A stretch of DNA of 36,508 bases. Source: Elusimicrobiota bacterium. Its GTDB lineage: Bacteria > Elusimicrobiota > Endomicrobiia > Endomicrobiales > JBDRNC01. The notes under the pieces were generated by a model. The model did no database searches. It had not been told where the DNA came from and was given only the letters and a program-made list of their open reading frames with translations. The DNA lies in assembly GCA_043811535.1 (NCBI GenBank), contig JBDRNC010000010.1:1-36508 (forward strand), written 5' to 3'. Of this stretch, positions 8,044-18,106 are shown piece after piece; the first letter of the stretch is position 1; the number at the start of each line of letters is the position of its first letter. The translations under genes were made by a program, and so were the position numbers.

Positions 8044-8685
8044 TTAGAAACATTGTGACCTAACTTCGCTGAATTTGATTTTCTTCAGGCAATCCCAGAA
8101 TGATTTTACCTCTTTTGGATCACATATAACCTGAAAATACGACTCCTTAATCTTGTTCTCCTCGCCCTTGCTGTTCCTGTACGTCCCTGTCTTTGCCTTA
8201 CCCCAGAGCAGTTTTACCGCAACATAATCCCTGACGGAAAGATTACAGTCGGCGGGATTAATTTCAAGCTGGCAAACGCTTCTTGACTTATAGAACGTCT
8301 GCCTTAGCGGGAGATACTCCCGCTTGATTGTTTTGCCGTCAAAAACCTCTTTCGCCACATAGCTTCCGCGACCGTAAAGGTCGCCGATCTGTTTCAAAGG
8401 AATGAACTTCATGATGACTCCTTTCATCAAGTTTTCGATCCACTGTTCACAGGCGTTCGCGGGATATTTCGCGTTGCCTGTAAAAAATGAACAGCGCGAA
8501 CACTCGCCGGACAGAGAACCGTGTGGATACCTACCGAGTCGTTTGTATATTAGTTTCAGAGTCCTGGCATTGGGGAACCAGATAACGCCGCAGCCGGAAT
8601 TGTCATCAAGATAAAAACAACTGCCTTCCCTGTCCGGGTCCCGGCATATTTCAAAACCATCAAGAAGGCTGTCAACCTGCCTCAT
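8044..8685 (-). CDS. Hypothetical backbone protein with Cys-rich N-terminal half; strong internal start at 8412
   Basis: 213 aa ORF. GAAAGGAG lies 5 nt before in-frame ATG 8412 (MKFIPLKQ). Duplicated at 1-280. Confidence 0.6.
   Translation of the reverse strand: MRQVDSLLDGFEICRDPDREGSCFYLDDNSGCGVIWFPNARTLKLIYKRLGRYPHGSLSGECSRCSFFTGNAKYPANACEQWIENLMKGVIMKFIPLKQIGDLYGRGSYVAKEVFDGKTIKREYLPLRQTFYKSRSVCQLEINPADCNLSVRDYVAVKLLWGKAKTGTYRNSKGEENKIKESYFQVICDPKEVKSFWDCLKKIKFSEVRSQCF
8304..8583. repeat. 280-bp direct repeat of 1-280
   Basis: Manual alignment at offset 8303, 9 mismatches. Confidence 0.95.
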
Positions 8686-8694
8686 ATTGACCGC

Positions 8695-9195
8695 CTATTC
8701 ATATCTGCTCTTAAAAACGACGTTCTTTGAAAGGAATCTGAGCACAAACGGCAAGCGGTTAAAAGTGGAAACATTGTCTGAATAAACCACAAAGTTTAAA
8801 TTTCCCTGCGGTCTGTTATTGAAATATACGTCGTATTCGAACCTTTTAAATATTCTTCCCTGAAAGCAAGAATATGAAATACCGGAATAAGGGAATTTTG
8901 TATTGAGATAAAGCTCCTTCCCTTCTCTGGTCCACAACAGTTCTACGCAGTAAGGGAATGTATAAAGATGATCCAGCGCATAAATAAAATTCTCGTCGCT
9001 TTTCGAACAAGCGCAGGCATACTTGAAATTCTCTCTGAACGCGAACTCGTCCAGGGAATGAAGAAATACTTTAGACAGGGAGAAAAAGTAAACAAAAAGG
9101 AAAGCAGCGAGAGTAAACAAAAGCCAAGTAAAGATACGGAACTTCTTTATTGGTTTACACGTTCCTTTGGGTAGTTCTTTTCGCGGGTTCTTCAT
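8695..9195 (-). CDS. Hypothetical protein with N-terminal TM anchor
   Basis: 166 aa ORF co-oriented with the tra operon, GAGG RBS, one hydrophobic helix. Confidence 0.55.
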   Translation of the reverse strand: MKNPRKELPKGTCKPIKKFRIFTWLLFTLAAFLFVYFFSLSKVFLHSLDEFAFRENFKYACACSKSDENFIYALDHLYTFPYCVELLWTREGKELYLNTKFPYSGISYSCFQGRIFKRFEYDVYFNNRPQGNLNFVVYSDNVSTFNRLPFVLRFLSKNVVFKSRYE

Positions 9196-9239
9196 TCGTT
9201 TACCTCATTTATCCGTATATCCATATATGCGGCTATACA

Positions 9240-9914
9240 TTAATACTCAATGCGCTGCACTACATAGATGAGTACAGGCGCGTCTTTCTTGACGGATATA
9301 CTGTATTGGGCGCTTTTCTCAAGGTCTTCCCGGGCAGCCGAGGAAAGCTCTTTTATTGCCGCCCCTGTTACCGGTGAAGCCGCAGAAGCGCCCGCCCCGG
9401 CCGCTTCCAGGATCACTCTGGCCGGAATAGCGGCTTTTGTGTTTTTCTTCTTCCCGGGCACGCCCGCCGCGCCTTCTTTATCAAGAGCAAGTGCGATAAA
9501 CGGGATTTCCGACCCATCCGGAAAGACCGCTATCTGGAAAATGACGTTTACACGATCATCAGATTTAATAATGCTGGCCGCGCCTATAAGCTTCGTCCCT
9601 TTTGGCAGAACGATTTTGTCGTTAAAAGTGATGTCATATTCGACAAGCGCGATCACCGGCGTTTCAATGTTGAAAGAAAATATAGCGGTTTTAATAACCG
9701 CGTCAAACGTGAATCCCGTATGCAGGAAGTTCTTAAACTCACTTTTTTTCTGGCTTGTTAGCCCTGGCCACGCCTGCAGAGCGTGTCCGGGTAAAGTTAC
9801 AAACAAACAAAAAAGCGATATAACGCATATTCCGGATTTCCGACGGTAAAACGACGCACGCATTTGCGGTTTAAGGCTGGTAAAAATATGTTCTAATGCT
9901 TTTAGACCTGTCAT
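9240..9914 (-). CDS. VirB10/TrbI-like T4SS core protein (short, C-terminal domain only)
   Basis: AVIKTAIFS...PVIALV...LPKGTKLIG...RVNV.F....PDG.......D..GAAGVPG...ISVKKD.PVLIYV pattern of the TrbI/VirB10 barrel. Confidence 0.75.
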   Translation of the reverse strand: MTGLKALEHIFTSLKPQMRASFYRRKSGICVISLFCLFVTLPGHALQAWPGLTSQKKSEFKNFLHTGFTFDAVIKTAIFSFNIETPVIALVEYDITFNDKIVLPKGTKLIGAASIIKSDDRVNVIFQIAVFPDGSEIPFIALALDKEGAAGVPGKKKNTKAAIPARVILEAAGAGASAASPVTGAAIKELSSAAREDLEKSAQYSISVKKDAPVLIYVVQRIEY

Positions 9915-9925
9915 TTAAGCACCTC

Positions 9926-10600
9926 TCAAAATAGAATAGAGAATTTCCGGTATGCGCCGCCGGATTCAACCATTGAGAATGTATAAGACGACCCTTTAAC
10001 CGGAAATACGAGGTATCCAACAGACGTTTCCTTTGCATTTATAACTTGTTTGAAAAGAAGTCTTGACTGTACTTCGGATATCCCAACGTCTTGAGGTATA
10101 AAATATTTATCTGTATTATTATTGACCCTGAATTTCAATATCTGGCCGCCTTTGAATGGTGTAACTGTCAGCAGCTCAACAGAAACGTCTTTGATCTCCT
10201 TTGTCTTGTTCAAAGTATAAGATTTGTCGGACCCTTTTATGATGTTCTCGATGGTGTAAAGATTGAGCATATCGTCTTTCACGGGTTCTTTCTTCTGTGT
10301 CTGTACCTCGGGCTTAATATTCTTAATGATATTTGCTTTTAAACTTGGTGATTGTTTCGAGCCGGAAACAGCCGCGGGGGGGGAGGCGGCATATCCGGAT
10401 ACTTTTGTGTCCGGAATATATTTCACCAAGTACCCCGTATTAAGGGGCGTAGAAGTGCTGACTTTGCTTGAAAAGATTATTCCTGTACTCGCTTCTACGG
10501 CAGGCATGATATTATTCTTCGGAATATTACTGTTTACGATTATTCCGGCCAGAATCATTAAGGCAAAAGCTGTGATAAAGAACTTCAGATACTCATTCAC
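9926..10600 (-). CDS. Periplasmic T4SS-associated protein (positional VirB9/TraK candidate)
   Basis: N-terminal hydrophobic helix, low-complexity linker and beta-rich C-terminus (LKFRVNNNT). Sits between virB8-like and virB10-like genes. Confidence 0.45.
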   Translation of the reverse strand: MNEYLKFFITAFALMILAGIIVNSNIPKNNIMPAVEASTGIIFSSKVSTSTPLNTGYLVKYIPDTKVSGYAASPPAAVSGSKQSPSLKANIIKNIKPEVQTQKKEPVKDDMLNLYTIENIIKGSDKSYTLNKTKEIKDVSVELLTVTPFKGGQILKFRVNNNTDKYFIPQDVGISEVQSRLLFKQVINAKETSVGYLVFPVKGSSYTFSMVESGGAYRKFSILF

Positions 10601-11237
10601 TGTAAATATGCTCCTCGAAAGTATCTACGAGCATGCCCCAGAGCGATTCCGTCCTTGGGACGATAGCAATATTCATGTCTATAGAAAACACAACATCCTT
10701 CTTTTCTAGATTATCGTAAGAGCCTTCCGCGCGGTTTCCACGTACTTCCACACTTATGAAACACTTATCTATGGATTTTATATTTGCTTCTGTTACTTTG
10801 ACTTTCCTTTTTACCTTCTTCGATACAACCAATTCGGAAATCGAGTTATTGTCATGGTATGACTTCGCCGCCTGAAGCATATTGGGAGTCATCATCCGGA
10901 CAGCCCGGGATGAATACTCCTCGTAAGTGTGAACGTCCCAAGCGGTATAATATTCAACAAAGTAAGCGACAAAGTTCTGAATTTCCTCGCGTGTAATGTT
11001 CTGATTATGCTTAAAATCGGTTATAGAGGGGTTTCCTAACGAATCTATGCGTATAACCATAGCTGGCCGGTTAAGCACCCTCAAAGCCCAGAAAAGCACG
11101 ATAAAAGCCAAAAACAGGGCTATCAGGGCCACTATCTTACTGAACCTGGCAAACGCAACGATCTCGCCCCATGTCTCAAAGTATTTGGGGGAGTCTTTGC
11201 CGTCCGTTTTTGTATCCTTATTTTTGAAAAGATTCAT
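10593..11237 (-). CDS. VirB8/TrbF-like bitopic T4SS protein
   Basis: Single TM helix, P.VIRIDSLG, EIQNFVAYFVEYYTAWD, NTF2-like C-terminus ending PRT...WGMLVDTF. Confidence 0.75.
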   Translation of the reverse strand: MNLFKNKDTKTDGKDSPKYFETWGEIVAFARFSKIVALIALFLAFIVLFWALRVLNRPAMVIRIDSLGNPSITDFKHNQNITREEIQNFVAYFVEYYTAWDVHTYEEYSSRAVRMMTPNMLQAAKSYHDNNSISELVVSKKVKRKVKVTEANIKSIDKCFISVEVRGNRAEGSYDNLEKKDVVFSIDMNIAIVPRTESLWGMLVDTFEEHIYSE

Positions 11238-11241
11238 TCAA

Positions 11242-12309
11242 TTACTCCCTTGGCTTAGGCGTAGTTTTAGGAATATCTTCTTTTTTTATGTCCGGCCTTG
11301 CGTCGGAAGAACCGCCCGGCGTTTTTGCGGCCGGCATAACGCTTGATATATCCTGTTTTGGCGCGGTTTGCGCTTTCGGCGAAGGTTTAGAAACAGAACC
11401 TTCGCGCCTTAAAGAATCAGAGGCCATCTTGCTTAACGAAGGGGAAGCCATGTATTTGTCTATGCCAAACCTGCGGCCAAGAGCCGAACCGGCGACCGCA
11501 GATGAAATCCTGTTGTCCAGGCGCGGGCCATAAGTCTTTGAAAAGTTCGTAATAATGGCCGTTGACGCGCCCATCGCGATTGAAGCAATAGGCCCAAGAA
11601 CCCCGCCGACAAATATTTGCGAAGTGATGGCGGGAACGGAAAGAACCAGAACAAAGTAAGTAACTGTAAAGATAAGATACTGCGCCGGTGGAATCTGCTG
11701 GTTATTGACTATTGCCAATGCGCCTATTGATACAAATACGGATTGCAGTATTCGAAGCGAGATAATCCAGAAAGCGACCTGGACAACGTTTTTGAACCAA
11801 CCGCCGAGAATGTTGCCAATGCGTTTGTAAAGAGCGAAAACAAACGCAAACGGGCCGATCATGTAAAGAAGCGAAAGTATCGCGTAACGTATAACGAGAA
11901 ATACTTCCTCTACAAGCGAAGAAAGATACTTTGTAAAAAACAGCATTATCTTGTCCGGTGTGAGAGTCATAAAAGTTCCAGAGACACGAAAACTTTCAAT
12001 TATACTCTGCATACGGGACCAGTCTTCCATAGAAAACACCATGAAAGAAGCAGCCTGGCAAAGCGCAACGATAGACATAAATATGGAATTGTACAAGAAT
12101 AATCCCATGATAACAGCCGCAGCCTTAAATACAACCCCTGAATAATTAGGGATATCGTTCTGAAGCAGCTTTGCGTTTTCGTCTAAAATAGCAAGTATAA
12201 ACAACGGTATGACAGCAAGATAGGCAAGCGGTTTGACGATACCAAAGAAAAGCTTCATGCTTAATGGTATCGTAGCAGGGTCCATGCTTGTAAGACTTAA
12301 GAAGTCCAT
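11242..12309 (-). CDS. VirB6/TrbL-like polytopic membrane protein
   Basis: Multiple TM helices, LYMIGPFAFVF...GWFKNVVQV..W, LSVPAITS, and a low-complexity C-terminal tail. Confidence 0.75.
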   Translation of the reverse strand: MDFLSLTSMDPATIPLSMKLFFGIVKPLAYLAVIPLFILAILDENAKLLQNDIPNYSGVVFKAAAVIMGLFLYNSIFMSIVALCQAASFMVFSMEDWSRMQSIIESFRVSGTFMTLTPDKIMLFFTKYLSSLVEEVFLVIRYAILSLLYMIGPFAFVFALYKRIGNILGGWFKNVVQVAFWIISLRILQSVFVSIGALAIVNNQQIPPAQYLIFTVTYFVLVLSVPAITSQIFVGGVLGPIASIAMGASTAIITNFSKTYGPRLDNRISSAVAGSALGRRFGIDKYMASPSLSKMASDSLRREGSVSKPSPKAQTAPKQDISSVMPAAKTPGGSSDARPDIKKEDIPKTTPKPRE

Positions 12310-12318
12310 TTTATGCCC

Positions 12319-13068
12319 CTATTTTAATATTTTGTTCAGAGCGTCAACGGAAGAATTACTCTGTTTCTTCTGACCTTCGCGCATTTGCTTGTTAAGCGCG
12401 TTCAACTGTTTTTGGAACTCTATTTCGCGCGCGTAAGATTCCCTGTCACCGCGCTTCATGTAGTCATAAAGAGCCGTCATTGTCTGTAAAGACCTTGCGT
12501 TAAGTTTTTCGATAGATATAAGCGTTTCAAGAGTGGCCATCTGCGCTTCGGTTTTTGCTCTTTCTACAGTTTCCTTATCCTTCTTGTTGGAATCTTTTAC
12601 AGTCTCATCGTAGAATTGTTTTTCACGTTGTTTGTTATGCTCAAGCACCTTTTCAGAAAAGTCCAGATTATCCTGAATATATTTAGTAGACCTGTCCTGG
12701 AAGCGGCCGAGAACGCCCGGATCATCCTGCGCTGAAATAAATTCGCGCTCAGCATTCGTGTATTTGCGATACATTATATCGTTGCCGCGTTCTTCAAACC
12801 GCTTTGCCGTGTAATCAAGTATTGAATTCGGATTGTTAGAGATTGTCTTCATTTCTTCGTAAAATGCGGCGCTTTCATCGTAATTTTTCTTCAGCTGCCC
12901 TGCGGATGTGATTGTTTGGGCGAGCATACTATTTTTCCAGAACTTGTCAAATACCTTTTCTGTCGAATTACTAACAGTATCAACACCCTCTTTTAGCAGG
13001 TCAAAGACAAGCGCATCAGCCGCAAGAGGGAAAAAAAGGAGCGTAAAAATAACTATAACCTTTTTCAT
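12319..13068 (-). CDS. VirB5/TrbJ-like secreted helical protein
   Basis: Signal peptide (MKKVIVIFTLLFFPLAADA), coiled-coil body, position between virB4 and virB6. Confidence 0.55.
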   Translation of the reverse strand: MKKVIVIFTLLFFPLAADALVFDLLKEGVDTVSNSTEKVFDKFWKNSMLAQTITSAGQLKKNYDESAAFYEEMKTISNNPNSILDYTAKRFEERGNDIMYRKYTNAEREFISAQDDPGVLGRFQDRSTKYIQDNLDFSEKVLEHNKQREKQFYDETVKDSNKKDKETVERAKTEAQMATLETLISIEKLNARSLQTMTALYDYMKRGDRESYAREIEFQKQLNALNKQMREGQKKQSNSSVDALNKILK

Positions 13069-15476
13069 AGCGATACCTCTTTTGAAAGTTTTAGAATAAA
13101 ATCGTTATACGACAGCTGAGGGTGCTTCTTTTTGAACTCTTGTTCAACGATGTAGTCTTTTGAGTCAGTCGTACATATCCAGTAGTCCAGGGGATTCGGG
13201 ATTATCCTCAAAACCGAGCAGTGGTTCAGGAATTTAACAAATACTTCGGAATACTTTTTCGGCGAAAAAGAAAGATTCTGAATTTCCGAGATCTCGGAAT
13301 GATTAAGGCCGAACTGAGGAAGCAGTTCGGTACCTTTAGAATCTATTTTAAGGAAATACTTCGTATAAGAGTTTGAAATAATGGCGTTGGACGCTTTTGT
13401 GGAAAGAAAATCGGCGGGACTCTGCGATATACTGAAAACCGAGGCATTGAATTTACGCGCTGTCCTGTAAAGATTCTCAATCAGCTGCGAGCCGGTATCA
13501 TCATTGAAAAACTGCCAGCCTTCGTCAATAACAATGATTTTCTGTAGCTGCTTGTTGGCAAGGCGGGCTTGTATGGCCGAACGCACGACAAAGAACATGA
13601 CAGGGCCAAGGTCTTTTTCATCAGCAAGCTTCTGAAGGTCAAAAACCACGATCCTGGCGTTCGGGTTAAGCACAAGTTTCGGGTTTTTGTTGTTTAGCAG
13701 CGTACCATATCTCCCGCTAACCCAAGGCGCCAGGTCTTTGTAGAATCCGACAGCCGTTGATTTATCTTCTTCGTCTCCTTCGTAGTTCTTAAAAGATTCC
13801 GACACGTCCTCTAACCGAGGCGGGTCCGTCTTTGCATTCTTATATGCGGATTTAATACAGTTTTCTATGATCGTCGATTCGCGCCCAGACAATTCCGGCC
13901 GCTTGAGCATTTTCTGCAATATAAGGCCAAGGAAGGAAAACACGTCCGGGTCAACTTCCTTTGATTCCGTATAAAAGAACTGTTTTTGCGGGAATGGGTT
14001 GAAAGCGTACTCGTCGCTTATTTTAATATCAACATATTGCCCGCCGAATATCTCACATAGTTTTCTGTAACTCCCGCCCACATCTATAATGACCACTTGG
14101 TTGTTTGAAGATTCTATGAGATAATTGGTCAGGAAGTAGTTTGTAGTAAACGACTTGCCGCTTCCCGTTGACCCTATAATAAGCCCGTGTTTGGCCGGAA
14201 GTTCTTTATCAAACAGGTCCAGCCCTATCATCTCGCTTGCGCCAGTGAGAAATACCATTTTAGGTATTTCCGAACCCTGCCAGCTGCGCTGGATGGGAAG
14301 CAAGTTTGCGATAGCATCCTGGGCGAACGGATGCACCCGGCTGTTAAAGAAGCTGTGCCCGGGTAAAGAGGAAAGCAAAAGATAAATATGGTTCATATTC
14401 TCAATTATCCCCTCGGCTTCTCCGAGAGTCCGGAACGCCGAGACTGCATTGTTCGTTTTCTTTGTCAAAAAATCTATCTTGCTGTCCGATAGCATAACGG
14501 ACAGAGTAAACCCGAAAAGACGCTGGTGCGTATGCTCAATATCATCGAGCATACTGTCTATGGCGATGGCTTTATATCTTACCGAAGGCGTGAGAAAGTT
14601 TGCCTGTTTATCAAGGGTAGAAGCGGATTTTAACATTTTACGAATATCTTCATCCGGGCTAACGAGTAAAGTGAAGTTAGCCGTAAAATCAACGTCCAGC
14701 CCGGCAAGGAATTGGGCGACGTAAAAGAACGAAATAGATTCCGGACGGCTGTGGAGATTTACTGCCTTAAAATACTTATCCCCAAGCGTAGTGTAGTAAA
14801 AACTATTTTCGGCCGCCGAAAGGCAAAGCTGGCTTCGAAGCGTTTCGCCCGGACGCGGCTTAAAATCAAGAGGCCGCCCCGGATTGAGTTTTTGGTACAG
14901 AAATGAAAGAAGTTCGTCGTTAAGCAGCTGCCTGGTTTTTATGCCGCATGAAGATACTTCGCGCGTAAAATTGCCCGCGATTGAATTTATCTTGGCCGCT
15001 TGCCGGCCGTGATAATCAGCCAGCTTGTTCTTTAGCCCTGTGAAGTAAAAGGAACCGGCCGGTATTTTATCCTTCGGAATAGTGACGTAAAGGAAATATC
15101 GGTATTTCCTGCTTTTTACGTTGAATAAGAAATCCACTTTATCTTTTACGATGGTTTTAGAGAAATTATCATTGACCTTAACCGTATCGCGGTATCGTTT
15201 AATGATATCGGCGTTGCCGAAACTGCCTTCAACAATAAACTGCAATACAGTATTGTTTGGAAGGGAAAGAAGCGACCGGCTTATCCCCTGCAGTATTCCG
15301 TTTGTTTCTTCAGGGGGGAAATGAATAAGGTCCGGAAGCGTTGACAGCTCGTAAACAACGCTTACGCTTCCGTCAACACCTATGACGCAGTTATCCTCAA
15401 TAGCCCAGAGATTCACCAGCTGGTGAAAAGGGGCCGTGTTATTTGGATAAAGAAGCTGTTTTAACTTTGTCAGCAT
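13065..15476 (-). CDS. virB4: VirB4/TraC-family T4SS ATPase
   Basis: HGLIIGSTGSGKS Walker A, IIDVGGSY, IVIDEGW Walker B, RTARKFN...SQSPADF. Start 15476 has an AAGGA RBS. Confidence 0.92.
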   Translation of the reverse strand: MLTKLKQLLYPNNTAPFHQLVNLWAIEDNCVIGVDGSVSVVYELSTLPDLIHFPPEETNGILQGISRSLLSLPNNTVLQFIVEGSFGNADIIKRYRDTVKVNDNFSKTIVKDKVDFLFNVKSRKYRYFLYVTIPKDKIPAGSFYFTGLKNKLADYHGRQAAKINSIAGNFTREVSSCGIKTRQLLNDELLSFLYQKLNPGRPLDFKPRPGETLRSQLCLSAAENSFYYTTLGDKYFKAVNLHSRPESISFFYVAQFLAGLDVDFTANFTLLVSPDEDIRKMLKSASTLDKQANFLTPSVRYKAIAIDSMLDDIEHTHQRLFGFTLSVMLSDSKIDFLTKKTNNAVSAFRTLGEAEGIIENMNHIYLLLSSLPGHSFFNSRVHPFAQDAIANLLPIQRSWQGSEIPKMVFLTGASEMIGLDLFDKELPAKHGLIIGSTGSGKSFTTNYFLTNYLIESSNNQVVIIDVGGSYRKLCEIFGGQYVDIKISDEYAFNPFPQKQFFYTESKEVDPDVFSFLGLILQKMLKRPELSGRESTIIENCIKSAYKNAKTDPPRLEDVSESFKNYEGDEEDKSTAVGFYKDLAPWVSGRYGTLLNNKNPKLVLNPNARIVVFDLQKLADEKDLGPVMFFVVRSAIQARLANKQLQKIIVIDEGWQFFNDDTGSQLIENLYRTARKFNASVFSISQSPADFLSTKASNAIISNSYTKYFLKIDSKGTELLPQFGLNHSEISEIQNLSFSPKKYSEVFVKFLNHCSVLRIIPNPLDYWICTTDSKDYIVEQEFKKKHPQLSYNDFILKLSKEVSL

Positions 15477-15732
15477 ATTCCTTTTCCACTGAAAACCGAA
15501 TAGGTGCAGTAAGATAAACCGCGATCTCGGTGTATGTATATGTTCTCTTTGCGTATTTCCTTGCGACAAAAAACAATGCTAAGAAGCAAATAAAAGCAAA
15601 CATCAAACCAAGAAACGAAGCGCCTAAAAACCGTAAGAGAAAAACACCGGCAAAAAAACACATAATTGTATCAAGCGGCTTCGCCCCAAGGAAATACGTC
15701 TGCCGTGAAATATCCTTGTAAGTGTTTATCAT
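15439..15732 (-). CDS. VirB3-like small membrane protein
   Basis: 97 aa, two TM helices, between pilin and virB4, overlapping both. Confidence 0.65.
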   Translation of the reverse strand: MINTYKDISRQTYFLGAKPLDTIMCFFAGVFLLRFLGASFLGLMFAFICFLALFFVARKYAKRTYTYTEIAVYLTAPIRFSVEKEYADKVKTASLSK

Positions 15733-16016
15733 CCGGCAAAAGATTTTATAAGCTTCAAGATAGTCGGAGCCATAAATACCAATGCGCCGCCGCCTACAAC
15801 CATTATCCCTGATTTGATAGCATCCTCTTTGTGGCCGGCAAGCTTAAATCCGGTAACGATAAGGCCAATAACAACCATTCCGCCGCCTACGGTTATGGAT
15901 AAAAAATTTATCGTCCTATCGAAGAAACTCTGTATGGCCGCTTCTTCGCCGCCGTACGCTAACACATTCGTTACAAAAACCATCAGAACAGCTGCTACCT
16001 GCCATAAAATACGCAT
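15729..16016 (-). CDS. VirB2/TrbC-like pilin
   Basis: Signal peptide plus two Gly-rich hydrophobic helices (VGGGMVVIGLIVTG, VVGGGALVFMAP). AAAAGGAG RBS. Confidence 0.8.
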   Translation of the reverse strand: MRILWQVAAVLMVFVTNVLAYGGEEAAIQSFFDRTINFLSITVGGGMVVIGLIVTGFKLAGHKEDAIKSGIMVVGGGALVFMAPTILKLIKSFAG

Positions 16017-16046
16017 AACGACTCCTTTTAAACGCCCTGTACGGGC

Positions 16047-16235
16047 TTATTTACCTTCACAAAATGGACAGTCAAACGAAAGGCAACATCTGCCGGTCTC
16101 ATGTCTGTATTTAGTCTTTTCTTCAAACCGCTTCGATTCTTCAGGAGTGAACTTTTTTGTACATCCATAAAGAAATCCACGCTCAAAATACTGCTTTAAC
16201 GGGTCTTGCGGCGAAAACAGATGATCACATTTCAT
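16047..16235 (-). CDS. Small Cys-containing hypothetical protein
   Basis: 62 aa ORF filling the gap in the operon; CCLSFDCPFC. Confidence 0.45.
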   Translation of the reverse strand: MKCDHLFSPQDPLKQYFERGFLYGCTKKFTPEESKRFEEKTKYRHETGRCCLSFDCPFCEGK

Positions 16236-16249
16236 AAAATAACCGCTTA

Positions 16250-18106
16250 CTATTTTATAATCCCTTCTTTTTGCAAGAAGTTATAAAGCTTTCGTCCGTT
16301 TTCGTGCACCGGATTAAACCGGATAAGCGTGTAGACGTTCTCGCGCGACTCGTATTTCTCGCCGTTTGCCAGATTCTTGGCCGAAAGGAAATACATCCGG
16401 TCAGCATAAAGCTTGTCGTTAGCCGAGAAATTTTTCTCCTCAAGGATTGTCTTTTCTGTCTTCTGCTTCAATGTCTGAAGCATTTTGCTGTCAGGATCCA
16501 CAAGAAGCCCTTCAAACGATTTAGCGAATGCTTCCTCATACCGTTTGCCGGCAAACGAGTCTTCAACATCTATGATCTGCTTTGATACATAATTCTTCTT
16601 GGAGTTCTCTACGAGCTTTACTTTGTCAAAAGTATAGTAGCTGTCCGGGTCAACAGCTTTAAGCCGCTGTACCGCAACACCTGCCTTGTCAAAATCGTTG
16701 TTAGCAAGCGCGTTGTTAATCTCAGTAGCGCATACGTCAAGGTAGTCCTGGCGCAACTGTTTTGCGCTTGCTATCTGTGAGGCATTAGAACCGGTAACAA
16801 TGTCGTTATAAATCTTTACGGTTTTCTGCTGTGTGTCATAGTCGTAAACCGTGTTCGATAACGTCTCTAAAGCCGTTTTATAAGCGTCTAAAAGGTTCTT
16901 CTTTGATGTTTTATCGTTGATAATGTCGTTCTGCGCCTGCAAGTACCTGGCAGTTTTCAGATCGCCTATCTGTTTGTATAGGTCTTTCGCCCTGCTATTA
17001 TCAGGATTTAGGTATATCGTGTATTTAAGCATGCCGGTAGCTTCGTCAAATTGTTTCTTGTCTGCAAGTTCCTGCGCCAGCGCGAGCTGGCGATCGTAAA
17101 GCCGTTCGGCTTCAAGTCGTGTTTTACGGTATTTATCGAAGTCCTCGGATTCCGGCGCTTCTTTCGGTTCGCCCCAATAGTAAGTAAATCCGAGCTTGTG
17201 CATGTTGCTGTACGGTTTCGGGTCCAGCGTGTAATCGAACTGGAACGTATCCGAGTGATACCCGAGGCCAAATGTAACATTGTCGCGGTAGCCGGCCCTG
17301 ATAAAGTAACGGTTTATAAAACCGTATTCTATCCCAGGCCGGAAAGAAAACTCATTGTAATCGGTGTTAAGCTCAAAATCTGTAGCGATAACCACTTTAT
17401 CGAAGTAAAATATCTGCGCCTTTGGATTGTAGCGCATAAAAACGGGTATCCGGATCGCGGTTCCGAGCGTAATAGCCGTAGGCAGTTTTTCTTCTTCGGC
17501 AATGAATTTCATTTTCGGCTGGTAAAGGTTCCTGAAGTTAAGGCCAAAGAGAAGGATTGAATCTTGCTTCCAGAAAGAAGGACCTTTAACATCTTTTGAA
17601 AACCCGAGATCAAGCCCTAACGCGCTTGCGCCGAATCCCGCAAGATCAAAGTTCAGGTACTTAACATTCGCGCCGACGTTCAGCTTCAGCGGTTCGATCA
17701 GCGCGCCAAACGACATATTGAAAGCATATTGCGAAGTATGAACGATAGAAGGGGAATCTTCTATATTTTTTCGCACCTCGATATCGCCTGATCCCAGCAC
17801 AGCAGCTGCAAGCCCAAAAAAGCCGTAACCTATCGGGTATCCGATAGCGAAGAAATTGTACTGATCATCGTCAAAAAGGATGAAATGCGAAGCGGTAAGC
17901 GTGCCCTGAACAAAATCGGCAAGCAACGCAGGGTTGTAGTAGTAAGCTGTCAGATCCCGGCAATACGCCGTTGCAGCGTCGCCGTAAGCGGCTCCGGCCA
18001 CACTCGGGCCATAAGTCGTAAAGTCCTTGCGCCCTTTAGCGTAAAGAGGTGTTAAAAACAAAATAAGAGATACCAATATAATTAACGGATAACGAGTATT
18101 TTGCAT
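16250..18106 (-). CDS. PorV/PorQ-like outer-membrane beta-barrel fused to TPR repeats
   Basis: Signal peptide; G.SVAGAAYGDA..A......YYNPALL, VGANVKY, LDLG, GIEY, RAGY, FGLG...FDY..., HKLGFTY.W barrel motifs; helical TPR-like C-terminal half (LNPDNSRAK). Confidence 0.8.
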   Translation of the reverse strand: MQNTRYPLIILVSLILFLTPLYAKGRKDFTTYGPSVAGAAYGDAATAYCRDLTAYYYNPALLADFVQGTLTASHFILFDDDQYNFFAIGYPIGYGFFGLAAAVLGSGDIEVRKNIEDSPSIVHTSQYAFNMSFGALIEPLKLNVGANVKYLNFDLAGFGASALGLDLGFSKDVKGPSFWKQDSILLFGLNFRNLYQPKMKFIAEEEKLPTAITLGTAIRIPVFMRYNPKAQIFYFDKVVIATDFELNTDYNEFSFRPGIEYGFINRYFIRAGYRDNVTFGLGYHSDTFQFDYTLDPKPYSNMHKLGFTYYWGEPKEAPESEDFDKYRKTRLEAERLYDRQLALAQELADKKQFDEATGMLKYTIYLNPDNSRAKDLYKQIGDLKTARYLQAQNDIINDKTSKKNLLDAYKTALETLSNTVYDYDTQQKTVKIYNDIVTGSNASQIASAKQLRQDYLDVCATEINNALANNDFDKAGVAVQRLKAVDPDSYYTFDKVKLVENSKKNYVSKQIIDVEDSFAGKRYEEAFAKSFEGLLVDPDSKMLQTLKQKTEKTILEEKNFSANDKLYADRMYFLSAKNLANGEKYESRENVYTLIRFNPVHENGRKLYNFLQKEGIIK

